64,000 nucleotides of DNA from Azolla caroliniana (lineage: Eukaryota; Plantae; Polypodiophyta), in assembly GCA_043228905.1 (NCBI GenBank), contig JBHGNT010000013.1, positions 4,278,001 to 4,342,000 of the forward strand. Direction: 5' to 3'. Position numbers and translations under genes: made by a program. How positions within the stretch are numbered: the stretch's first letter is position 1; each line of letters opens with the position of its first letter. Under the pieces are notes generated by a model, which had not been told where the DNA came from, made no database searches, and saw only the letters and a list, made by a program, of their open reading frames with translations. Shown here piece by piece: positions 25,570 through 38,500 of the stretch.

Positions 25570-26770
25570 AGTATAGGGAAAAGGGTAGGAGGATGAGGGA
25601 GAACGACAAGTAGGCTGGAGGAAAGGAGAAATTGGTTCAAACTGTCAGGAATAGTACTAAAGCAGAGATGGAATTAGTACTAAGAAGAGCAGTACTATTA
25701 GTACTAAGAGGACGGGACTGTGTAAGATTCCCGAGAGAGGAAGTGAGAAGAGGAGAGAGAGAGAGAGAGAGATAGCGAGGATGAGAGAGAGAGAGAGAGA
25801 GAAAGATGATGACAACAGCTAATATATTATGTGAAAAGATAAGTACAAAGCGGCTAAGAGGCTTAAGACTGGCGTTGAACCAATTTGGTTCAACATAATG
25901 CCTAGTGCCTTCTTTTATAGTGTTGTCAGGAGTAATCCTGAAACTTCTAGAATGTTCCAGAGAAATCTGGAATATACATTACTTTCTTATAATAAAACAT
26001 AAATGAAAATAATATTTTATGAATTACAATAGATGGTGTGATGGTTAAGAGCTCGACCCATATACCATAAGGTCATGGTTCGAGTCTTGCCATCTCATGA
26101 CAAAAGGGGTATAAGTGCTATAACCCCCGAACGAAGGAAGTTCGTGTAAGCCAAGATGTCGTGTTCGACGAGTCCGCTTTGTGTTACTTGTCTTTGCCTC
26201 CAATCCATGATGACTCCATTCCGAATTCTGAAGAAGAGATCAGCGAGGTCGAGCTGCCTCAGCGTGATGAGGAAACCGAAACTCTAACAGAGAGTCCGAT
26301 CTCATTTCGGCTAAGCAGGCCGAATGAAGAGCCGAGGAGATTGGAGACTCGGTCGTGCTGTCCCCGCGCAAAGAGCCGAGGAGATGGTTTATGCGTAAAG
26401 AAAAAGGGAGGAAGAAAATGTCAGATTACAATTTTGGCAATGCCAAGTCAGACCAGAGCGAGTCCGATTTCAGACCAATCGAAAAGGAATCTCCACAAAA
26501 GAGGTCGAAATTGGCCGAAAAGACCGTGAAATTGGGTAATCACGAATTATGCCGATTTACCCACCTGAAGAACCCCGTAAAGAGGTACAGGTACAATGAA
26601 TACATGGCACACCATTACGCGTACATGACATGAGTGGCGGAAGTGCGTGAGCCGGAGAGCTACGCAGAAGCGGCGAAAGACGCAAATTGGCGTGCCACGA
26701 TGGAGGAATAGATGCGCGCATTAATGGACAATGAGACTTGGGACCTGGTTGACGCACTCAAGGGTGTAAA

Positions 26771-29700
26771 TGTTGGCATAAAAGGCCAACTCCTTCCAAA
26801 TTGTATCCGTCCGAGTGTCAACCTGTTAATAAGTTAGGGCTTAGTATATAAGCGAATACCTAACATTGTAATGAGTGATGACGAGCAAAGTATCGAATCT
26901 CTGAGAAAGAACGAAGCAATAAGAAGCTTTCCATTAAAGCTCCATCTGTGTAAGTCTCCACACCTATGCTATTTTTCTGTATGTGTTGTTTGCTATCTAG
27001 TACCGACTACAGATCCATACATGTTTCCGCACATAGAACTCGTACCCAATAATTAGTATCAAAGCATAATCTTTAGTGTTCGGCGGCAATAGACAACAAA
27101 AGAAGCTGAAAGAAAAGACCAGGTCAGAAATCTCAAGTTCACAAACAGAATATGGCGTCAACATCCGGAACAGGAGTTGAAATCAGAAAATTCGACGACA
27201 AAAACTTTGCCTTGTGGAAGGAGATGATGTTGGATGTGCTAATCATTCGAAGACAGGTCAAAGCCATTCGGCACAACGAAAAACTTGCTTCAATGACATC
27301 CGAGGAGTGGAGATCAACGGACGAAATCGCACGCTCCACCATCCGAATGCATCTAGCCAAAAACATTTATTTCAGCATGGCGAAGAGACGATAACGTTCT
27401 CATTGTGGGAGAAGCTACATGCCATCTATGAGAAGAAGTCCTCGTCTTCGAAACTGATCTTGACCAAACAATTGTTCAACATGAAGATTAAAGAGACTGA
27501 TTCGGCAACCTCTCACATCAACACCTTCATCTGAGTGTTGTTAGAGCTTTCGTCACAAGGGATCAACTTCGAAGAAGAAGTGAAAGCCCTTGCCCTCCTA
27601 TCGAGCTTGTCGGCGAGTTAGAAGGTATTCTGTACGACTTACGCCAATAGCCGACCGATCCTAAATCTGGACGGAACAACTGGCCAAGTCCTCACAGAGG
27701 ACATTAGGCGAAAATCGATGGGACTAACCATCAATGAGTTAGTGGAAGCCCATCACTCGACTGAGTCGTTCGACCGATAGAGTCGAACAAAAGAAGAAGC
27801 CGACAAAACCGGTCGACGCTACAACCGATCGAAAACAAGGGGTGACCGACAACGGTCGAAGTCGAGAATGGGCTGAACAAGTGAGTACTACAAACATTGC
27901 AGGAAATCTGCCCACAATGTTTTCGACAACTGGTCAATAAAAAGAAAAGAGAGTGGTCAGCGATCTGAGCGGAATGCGGGACATTCTGACTCGGACCACT
28001 CTCCAGTTGGCAACCAGATCAATGTTACCGACACCCGATCCAGAGAAATCCTCTCCCTAGAGAATTCGTTGATTGGAGAAGTCCTCTACAGTGCACAAGT
28101 TGCACACACGTGGCTACTAGACTTTGGTGCCACATTTCACGTGACCCCCAACGTTGAATGGTTCTCGAACTATTCAGCTGATGCCAGCGGCACAATCCGA
28201 CTAGGAAACGGGCAGGAGTGCAAGATAGGCGGAACCGGGGAGGTTCCCATCAGATTGCCAAATGGCAACACAATAACCCTGCACCGAGTTCGGCACATAC
28301 CTGATCTAAAGAGGAGTCTGGTTTCCATCGGCATATTAGCGGAAGACGGGTATTGAACGACTCTACACGAGTTGACATGGGTGATTAGCCGAGGAAACCT
28401 CAAAATCAGTACTGGGCATAAGTATAATAATCTATACCCATTGATGGCGATCAACCCTGAAGGGGCCGTGAACGTAGCCGAGAAAATCGACCCGGAAAGT
28501 TTGGGCATACTCCATAAAGTCCAAAGATGAAGCGCTTGAGGTCTTCACTCGACGGATATCTGAAGGGGAGAACCGGTCGGGACACAGAGAGAAGACACTC
28601 CGATCCGACAATGGAGGTGAGTACACCTCCAAATCCTTCAAACAATACCTGTCCGAAAAAGGGATCCGGCATCAAAAGATCGTTCCTTACACACCCATGC
28701 AAAATGGGGTGGCTGAACGGATCAACCGAATGATCCAGGAGAGGGTGACGGAAATGCTCCAGCAAGCCGGACTGAACCTGGAATTCTAGGCCGAGGCATT
28801 GCAGATGGCAGTGTACCTAATAAATCTGGCGCCATCAAGAGCAATCAGGCTCGAAGTGCCACAGGCACTATGGTCAAGCAAACAACCGACCTACAATAGG
28901 CTCCGTATATTCGAATGCGAAGCCTATGCGTTCATCCCCAGGGACAAGAGGTTGAAGTTGGCACCCCATACAACAAAGTGCATATTTCTTGGTTATGGAA
29001 CCGATGGGGACTTCAGCTACTGGCTATGGGACCCTGAGAACCGGAAATTGATCTGGAGTAGTGACATAGTATTCAATGAAGACTCTATCATCTCTCAACG
29101 GAACCAACAAAAAACAATTGGTAAGAAGGTATCCTTCAAAGATGACAACATTGTCATAGAAGGACAGACCCAACGGGCCAAATCAGAGACTTGACAAACA
29201 ATCGAACTCCAACAAAGTGCCAACTTCCCCGCCGACACCGAATCAGCAACAAGTCCTAACGTCGAACTCAAAGACCAAGCAATCAAAGACACAACCGAAT
29301 CGACAAGAGTCGACAAAGGCAGAGTCGTGAAGAGGCCAGTAAGAACCAAGTCGACAACAACCACAAGGGAGAACCAACAAACACCTAACAAGACTCCTGA
29401 CACAACTGGTTCAACAAATACCGATCGTCAATCCGAACCGATCGAAGAATCCAAACCAGATATTACAGCACCTAGGAGATCTGGACGAGCTCGAAGGCAA
29501 ACAAAGTTTTATTAACCAAGCCTCGACTATGTCCACTACATGGATGTAGGCGAACCACGCACGTATGACGAAGCTATGGCCGCACCGGAAGCCAAAACAT
29601 GGTTGTAGGCCATGAAATCTGAAATAGACTCGATTCATCAAAATCACACATGGGAGTTCGTCGAACCACCAGCAGGAAGAAAGCCGCTACCTTGTAAATG

Positions 29701-31601
29701 GGTGTTCCGATACAAGTATGTATCTAACTTAGAGAAACCCAAGTACAAAGCTTGGCTTGTCACGAAAGGATTCAAACAGGAATACGAGGTCGACTACGAC
29801 GAGATATTCTTACCAGTAGTCAAGATGACCACCCTCCGACTCCTACTAGGAATCGTGGCGACAGAAGATCTAGAGCTCGAGTAGATGGATGTAAAGACGA
29901 CATTCCTACACGGAGATCTGGAAGAAGACATATACATGTCTCAATCGGCAGGCTCCACGACGACGGGGGAGGACAGTCACCTCGTTTGTCGACTAAAGAA
30001 AAGTCTATATGGCCTAAAACAAGCACCGAGAATGTGGTACCAGAAGTTTGACTCCTACATACAACAACTTGGATACAACAAATTAGACTCCGACCCATGC
30101 ATGTATGTTCGGCAACTGGCCGATGAGTCAAGGATCTATATGATCCTATACGTTGACGACATGTTGATTGCAGGGAGCAATCAAACAGAGATCGGTAAGC
30201 TAAAGCGGAGCCTTCATGCAAAGTTCGCAATGAAAGAACTCGGACAAGGCTGACACATACTGGGCATGAGGATAGAGCGAAATTGGACGACCAAAACTCT
30301 CCGACTCTCCCTGTCTGAATACATCCGCAAGGTGCTGAAGCGCTTCAACATGGAGAAGTCGAAGCCAACACCGACACCGCTTCCGACGTTGATTAGACTA
30401 TCGGATAGAGACTCTCTTGCCACGGACAAGGAGAGAGAGCTTAATGGAAAGATACCCTACGCATCGGTAGTAGGAAGTATCATGTATGCAATGGTGGCGA
30501 CCCGACCTGACCTAGCCTATGTCGTAGGGGTAGACAGCCGGTACATGTCAAACCCAAGAAAGAAGCATTGGGAGGCCATCAAGCACATCCTTAGGTATCT
30601 AAAAGGAACCCTAAATGCACAACTGAATTTCGGACTGACAACCTTAGCCGAAGTCGAAGGCTACACCGATTCCGACTATGCCGGAAATACGGACAATCAA
30701 AAATCGACATCAGGCCACATCTTCACCTATGGTGGCGGTGCGATATCATGGAGGTTGAAACTTCAAGAATGCACGACTCTGTCTACCACAGAAGCCGAGT
30801 ATATAGCAACATCGGAAGCAGCGAAGGAAGTGATCTGGCTGCACCGACTGACTGCCGACTTCGGAACTCCAAACTGAATAGACCGACCAGTGCTAACTAT
30901 CTATTGTGACTCACAGAGCGCAATACACCTCATCAACAATCCCGTCTACCATGCGAAGACGAAGCACATTGAGGTGCGGTATCATCATATCCGGGAGATC
31001 GTGACCGAGAAGAAACTCGAAGTCCGGAAGATCGACACCGAGGTGAACATCAACGATTGCCTGACGAAGCCACTCCCAGATCAACGCTTCGGAACGCTAA
31101 GGACGAAGATGGGGCTATGATAAGCGACCAAGTAGAAGAAAGCCAAACGAGGAGCAGAAGGTAAGAGCTGACCAACATTCATACTATACCTCTGCCGACT
31201 TGGCTACTTGCCGACAGACTTGTAACATAAGATCTAGTTAAATTTGTAATCTAGGTTTACGAGGGAGATAACCCCAAGCACTTGTACATGCAAGAAAGAG
31301 TAGTCCTTTTACGGGGGAGTTTGTTGGCATAAAAGGCTGACTCCTTCCAAATTGTATCCGGCCGAGTGTGAACTCGTTAATAAGTTAGGGCTTAGTATAT
31401 AAGCGAATACCTAACATTGTAATGAGTGATGACGAGCAGAGTATCGAATCTCTGAGAAAGAACGAAGTAATAAGAAGCTTTCCATTAAAGCTCCATCTGT
31501 GTAAGTCTCCACGCCTATTCTATTTTCTGTATGTGTTTTTCGTTGTCCAGTGCCGACTACAGATCCATACACGTTTCCACACATGGCACTCATACCCAAC
31601 A
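26771..31601 (+). mobile_element. Ty1/Copia LTR retrotransposon D nested in B (full structure, defective)
   Basis: LTRs 26771-27051 and 31322-31601. TSD GTAAA at 26766-26770 and 31602-31606. Decayed PBS TAGTATCAAAGC, PPT GGGGGAG. gag, PR (WLLDFGAT), IN, RT (YVDD) and RH fragments. Confidence 0.95.
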
Positions 31602-33999
31602 GTAAAGCCGATTGGATGTAGATAGGTGTTTAAGGTGAAATACAACACCAACGGCTCGGTCAACTGATATAAGGCCCATTTGGTTGCGAAAGGCTACGCG
31701 CAGAAGCACGACGTAGATTACGATGAGACCTTTGCCCCAGTCGCGAAGATGACTACCGGGCGAGTTCTGCTAGCCGTAGCGGCAACGAAGGGGTGGCATC
31801 TACATCAGATGGATGTAAAGAATGTGTTCCTCCAAGGTGATCTCGAGGAACAAGTGTACATGGTACAACCCCCTGGATTTCTATCCAAACTGAAAACTTC
31901 GGCAGTCTGCCGATTGAAGAAGGCGTTGTACAGACTTAAGCAAGCCCCGCGAGTTTGGAATGCAAAGATTACGCAACGGTTGCATAGAATGGGGTTTACG
32001 ACATAAAAGTTGGACTCGTTGTTCGTTCGGCAAGGTCAACATGAACTGGTTTGTCTTTTACTTTATGTTGATGATTTAGTCATTGCCGGTGCCGACCTGG
32101 AAGAAATCGGCCATGTAAAGTCTCAGCTTGTGGCATTGCTCGAAATGAAGGATCTTGGTGACCTTCATTACTTCCTCGGGATCGAAGTGATCCGTTCCCC
32201 CGAAAGCATATTGACCAATCAGCGTCATTACGCGTTGAATATGCTCTTCAAGTTCGGGATGGCAGATTGTAAGCCCATCTCGATCCCTCTGGATAGAAAC
32301 GTAAAGCTTCGCCGAGATTCGGGAAAGGCATGTGACTCGACATGGTTTCGACAGATTGTCGGAAGCCTCATCTACTTGATGATCACTCGACCGAACCTCA
32401 GTTATCCGGTCGGAATGATCAATCAATTTATGTCACAACCCATGATCAAACATCTTCAGTGCGCACAAAGGATATTACGATATGTCAGTGGCACGAAATA
32501 CATGGCGTTGTTGTATCGTGCAGACGCAGTCAAGTAGTTAGTCGGCTACACGGATGTCGATTGGGCGGGAAATGTTAACAATCGTAGATCCACATCCGGA
32601 TATGCATTCTCATTGGGAAGTGCGGTGATCGCGTGGAGCAGTAAGAAGCAGCCGACAGTAGCATTGCCGAGCACTGAGGCAAAATATCGAGGGGTGACTG
32701 TCGCTACGTGCGAAGTCATTTGGCTGAAACAGCTATTACGGGATCTACACTTAGAGGTGTTCGATCCAACGACTACTACGACAACCTCCGCAACATCCAC
32801 CTTGCAAAAAACCCTGTATTCCACACTCGAACTAAGCACATTGAGATGCATTACCATTTTGTTCGCGAGTGTGTCCTTTCTGGTGAAGTCGAACTGGCGT
32901 ATGTTCTGATGGGTTGGCAGATTGCCGATATCTTCACCAAGTCCCTTGGTCTCGACACGTTACGACATTTCTCGATTGAGCTGGGTTTGCGTCACCTCGA
33001 CACGCCGAACTTGAGGAGGAGACAGGAACATGAACAGGAGCGTGAAAGGAGCGGTAGTAACCGCGATGCCGAATCGGATGAAGAATTCGATTTCGGGCCG
33101 ACTGAAGAAGCCGAAGAAAAAACAGGGGCCGTAATCGCAAGGAAGAGCCGAAGACAGCCAAACAAAGGGGAAACAAAGCCAAGAAAGGTGTAAAAGCCAA
33201 GACTAAGACATGGTCGGACGTAGTTAAGGGCTTGAAGACAGAAGACGAATTGGAGACAGCCAATTTGAGTGAAAGCGAGAATGAATTGGAAATGTTCAAT
33301 TCGGATACGCTAAATCAACTAAGGGCCAAGCGGAGAAAATAGCAGCGAAATAGGCGCCAACACCGCGACAGCAAGGGAGCTGAGAAAGGCCACATGAGTA
33401 GACAAGCCGACCGAAAGGGTCGAAGCGCGCAGAATCAGATGTGTCGAGGAGCGCGAGCGAGGCGTGAAGCCAGGAGAAGCCGGAGCGAAGATCCGGAAAA
33501 GCATATGGAACCTCAAGTTGAGCTTGAGGGGGAGTGTTGAGAGACAAGCGTAACCCAGTGTGTAGACTAGGTGTGTAAAACCATACGCAAAATATGGCCG
33601 TGGCAGTGTTTAAACCGAAAGGCCATTAGAACGTTATTCCACGTAAGGAATAGCTTTGGGAGTTAGTGTAGAAGGCTCATTTATGAGCGGTCAAGTACTG
33701 TTAGTACTTGTGTCAGCCCGATAGTCAGGGCTTGTATAAAAGGTGCTCACTGAGCACGAAATATGTACAGAGAACATACAGAGAATTATTTTTTAATATA
33801 GTTTTTGTATTTTCTGCTCACTCTGTCTCTCCCTCTCTTTCTCTGTGATTTCTGCGTTTTATCGAACTGTCGTACTTCCGAACCGTGTACTTTGTGCTCT
33901 TATGCATACGCTTCCACACATGTATTCTTTTACAAGGAAGAAATAGGTCGGTCAACTTTAAATAAAGTATGGCCAACATAAGAGTCTGCATTGTAACAT

Positions 34000-35480
34000 T
34001 GAACAAAACACTAAACTTAATAAGAAGATTTTGAAGAAAAAAGAATACCTCATTGGCATGTTGGGCTTTCTCATGACCTCATCATTTACCTTATGAAAGG
34101 AACGAGGCAATAAATAGAACATGAGGAGTTGAAGGGCCATTGAATGTCTCAAAGAGTGTTATCATGACGGAAGGGTCGAGGAATAAGAATCAAAAGAATA
34201 CATGTATATTCACTACAAATGAACACATTGGGTTCATATAGCAGTAGAGACACTAATCAACATTGAGATGTTAAGTAGTTAGTTGTGGCATTGAATGATC
34301 ATGGATTTTCTAGATCAATCTCATGTCACTTGAGCTTTATCAAAAGGCGCATTACAAGATAACAAGTGACTCAAAAGAGGAGCAAGGGCATCACGAACAT
34401 GGTCATGATGAGTAATTGATGGAAGAGTGCATTGACTTCATTGATAAGTATATCTATAACCTACAAGAATCTAAGGATAACAAAGGTGTAAATTAAAATC
34501 ATCAAATTTTGTTACCTCAATTATTTAACCTATATGGTTTTTAGTTTAGAAGTTGTCAAAACTTGCATAGAGGGGAAATTAATTTCTCGTAATATGTTTT
34601 GTTTCTATATGCTCAAGCCAAATTAGTAGTTCCTAAGTTATAAAAGGGAAGTCTTGGGATAGATTGATGGATTTTTTGCCGTGTATTGAGGAAACTAAGG
34701 ATTAGGGAAGTGAGGGAGAGGGAGAGGGAGAGGGAGACCTAAATAATTGTAATTACAAACTTGATTAGTAAAACATTATATTCTACGTAATTGGGTGTTG
34801 AGCATGAGCTAGCGGTGAGAGGAATGGAAAGAGAGATAGTAGTGACAAAAGTGAGAGAGAGTTGACAAGAGTGCTAGGAGTGAGATGTGAGATTGCAATG
34901 AGAGTAGTCCTAGTAGTGGGAGGTGAGCTAGAGGTGAGAAGAGTGCTAGGAGCAACACTAGTTCTAACAAGTGACACGAAAATGGGGAGGTTGAATGCAA
35001 ATGGTCATGGATGAGGGCATGTTGTCTAGATGAGAGGTACACTAGAAGGGTCGTGGTGGGTGACCATAAGGTTGATGGTAGAAGCAATGGAGAGGATGAT
35101 TGTAGTTGCCGCTTAAACAGGTGGGATGATAAGGCATAATATTGATGACGGCAAAAGGAGCCATGATATGGAATCCCTGGAGATTATTGAATGCATGCAT
35201 TAATCTTGTTTGATAATCTTGTTTTGGTTAGAAGAGAGTGCACCCATGAGTGAAACTATCAATCATTTACCAATGTAAAAACATTCTTAATCTCCCAAAA
35301 CTATCAATTTAACTTATTTGCACTCATTGTCTTTCCAAATGAGCACTTTTCCTTTTAACGGAATTGTGAGAAGCCCTTGCAATCTTCAAAATGTTACCAT
35401 AGTCCTTGAATTTGACCCCGAATACTATATACATACGACTATGGTTGAATGCCTTGTGCAATACATTAAGGGACACCTTC
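34000..35480 (-). mobile_element. Highly decayed Copia-like internal remnant; boundaries uncertain
   Basis: Only faint integrase-like peptide traces on the minus strand (~35100-35450) and a Ser/Pro-rich linker-like stretch at 34780-35090. Confidence 0.3.
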
Positions 35481-35556
35481 ATGATGCCTAAATGCTTCTT
35501 CTATCAAGAACATCAGAGATACTTCCATAAGAAAAGCCATAATAAAGGAGATGTGA

Positions 35557-38500
35557 TCATTTGGACCGATGCTTCATGAGATTGTTGATTGCATTGAGTA
35601 CCTGTGAAGGAATCAGACGGTGTTAAAAACAAACTTCTATAATATGGTGTGCAATAAACCCTAGTATGAGAATCCATCCATCTATTTTTTTTAAATTTGA
35701 TTCACTTTGAAGTACTAATGCCATTTTATGAGAGTTGATAACAAATGTTGCACCAGTTACAGTTCTGGATGATCAGTTTTCAATACACTACAATCTCAGA
35801 AAGGAAGCTGCATAATGTTTTAATTGAGCGTTTTTATTGTCAAAGACAAACTTTGAAAGATTTATATAGTTCTTTTAATGATCATAAATAAGATCTACCT
35901 CACACTGCCTTTTACACTAATGTAGAAATCCCACACATTTAACTTACATACCTGAAGTGCAACCATTTCTGCAGTAATATTGTTGAGATTATCATGTCCA
36001 TATTCAGAGGCCAGTTCTGTTGATAGTAATTAAGTCAGACGGTTTAAGTGATACAAAAAAAAGGAATGTCTTACCTGTGGAGGGGGAGGGGGGGAGACGA
36101 TTAAGACATCAACCATAAGGATTTTCACATGGACAATAACATTGATCTTACTCATTAGAGAGATTGAAGTATCAGCATTCCCATAGTATTGTTTCCTGAC
36201 ATTAAACATGCTCGAGAGACTCTCCAAGGCCTGCAAGTTAACATCTGCTGTATGAAGGTTTTGGAGAAATTTCTCACATATGCATGACTCCCTAAGACCT
36301 AGCATTATTGCAAAGAAAAAACATATTGTCTTCTATACTAGTTACCGTTGTTAGTATCCATTTTGTTTCCTTTTTACCTGGCTATGATCAGAAAAGGTGG
36401 TCCTCTCCTCTAGAAATGAGTGAGAGTCCGATGTGACACCAGCCGCACGTTGTGCTAGAGCCTCAACTGGAACATCGAGCCACACCGTTACACCATACCT
36501 AAGGTAGCTCCTGCACCGTAGAAAAAATAGATATAACGTTGTTTCTTTATACTTGGATCTTTATATACATGTGCACAAAAAAGCATCAAAACGTCCTTGG
36601 TCTCAAACATCCTAGCTATATAGCACATGTGCATTAATATCAACAGAGCACCCATCATCGTACGATGCAGTCACATGGGATGCAATTCAGCATGTCAGAC
36701 AGGTACAGCGACTAAACAAGAATAGAATAAGGTTGGCCCAGCCCATTTTATATGTCCAAACCTTTTGTACAAATTTTCAACATAATTTTTAGGAAAGACT
36801 GATAACTTTTAGGGTTCATCCATCTGTAATGGAATATAGTTGAAGTTTTCCTTATTATGACGAGAGAAAGTTTTCCCCGACTTAAAAATGATATAGGAAA
36901 ATGATGAATTATATATTTTAGTTCAGGGCCTTACACTTTAGATCAAGATCATCAGACCTAGCTTAGGCCAATGATGTAAATGAAGGAATGAATAATGTCA
37001 AGTTTAGCAATTCCAAATTTGTATTGGTTCTTGCATCTACTTATCTTTAGTTTAGTACTGGTGATAATATGTCTTGTGTACCAAAAGGAACATGTGACCT
37101 ATTTTATTATCCTATCTTTTGTGGAATCACTAAATTGAAGACAAGACCAGAAATATAGCAACAGTTAATAATGCAGTTTACTAACCAATTAGTCGGCTGC
37201 AAAACTGTGTCCCCACCAGTTGCTACAACTAACCGGCCCATACATGAGAGCTGCTTCAATACTTCAGTCTGTACCATATACACATAACATCAAATGCAAA
37301 TGTTTGAAAACATTTTCTTTAACTAAAATATATCTTTTTCTCAAAGGCTTCGACAAAAACATTTAACAATTTGCTTCAGCAGAAAAGAAAGAAAGAAACC
37401 AACCTCTGCATCTCGAAAGCTTTCACCATCTTCTTCCATCAACTGAGAAACGCTTTTCCCACCACCCGCAGCTTCTTCAATAAGCTTATCACTGCAGCCA
37501 CAATACTACAGTGTCGTTATTTTCTTCTACATCAAAAATATTTGTTTATGGTGAATGAACATATGACTAATTTTTTATGTTGTAAGAAAAGAGATGACCA
37601 GAGAAAGAAAGGGGCATTTCCAAAGATATTGCCTATTGTAAAGAGTTTCAAATAAATTAAAGACGAGAAGAGATTATTCGATTATGTAGATGAGCGTATT
37701 CCATTCATCAGGGTTTACAGATCATTGTGTTTCATGCTGTATGAAATGCTCAATGACTTTGGGAAGGGTTTGTTTTACTTATTGAATCAATAGTACACCA
37801 TGTTAATGTTTTACCTGTCAAAGAAGTAGTAACCTAAAGATTCTGCCAAACTTTTGCCAACTCGATATTTACCACTTCCCATCATACCTGTATGAAAATC
37901 CATTGCCAGAATATATATTCCAGTAGTTTGAAAACATGAACCACGTGCTATTATATATTTAGATACCCAAAAGAATAACGGATGTTTTTTAGATTGAAGG
38001 CATAGACAGACCTACAAGATAGATACAAGTCCCTTTCAAGTCATCCACCATTTCGCGAGCTTTTTCCTGCATCGGCCAGCATTCTTAAGGAGATCAATGG
38101 GATGTTCTTTTCAATGAGAAAGCTGAGTTCATAAAACAAGAACTCAAATAATATGAGATTATAAGGCTTTGGCACAAGTTCCTACATTATGATCTAAAAC
38201 AATGGGGGCACCTTTAGAAGCAGCGCATGATTGCCATTATTATCGGCTCGAGATGAGGTGCATAAAACAGTGCCTCCTTAATCAATCAATCAAAAAAACA
38301 AATAGAAAGCGTCAAAACTTTCAACGTGGTTTTTGATATTAGCTTCCGTGATTGAGTTCATTATGATTTACAAGTAGAACTTTTCATCAGCAAAATTGTC
38401 ATGAATCTAGCTAGATGCCATGTATCTTACCATTGCTCATAACTCTTACCCTCAAATGTTTTCTCATCAGTATCTTTCATGCTCCCCTTAAAGGTACAAA

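Larger units (their letters stand above)
22754..26102 (-). mobile_element. Tcn1-like Ty3/Gypsy element C, 3'-truncated, with inverted LTR arms
   Basis: 5' LTR 25643-26102 and an inverted LTR copy at 22754-23199. TSD AAAGG at 22749-22753 and 26103-26107. Contains gag, PR and part of RT only. Confidence 0.95.
20330..33934 (+). mobile_element. Ty1/Copia LTR retrotransposon B (defective; hosts nested elements C and D)
   Basis: Partial 5' LTR 20330-20480, PBS TGGTATCAGAGC 20481-20492, gag/PR/IN 20582-22753. Resumes at 26108-26770 and 31607-33300 (RT YVDD, RH). PPT TTGAGGGGGAG, 3' LTR 33535-33934. Confidence 0.93.

Noticed and set aside
22754-26102. Interpretation as a DNA transposon (Mutator/fold-back) or DIRS element carrying Gypsy sequence
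   Set aside because: The arms are bona fide LTR (TG..CA, TATA, R complementary to the PBS), there is no transposase or tyrosine recombinase, and the TSD is 5 bp as for element G
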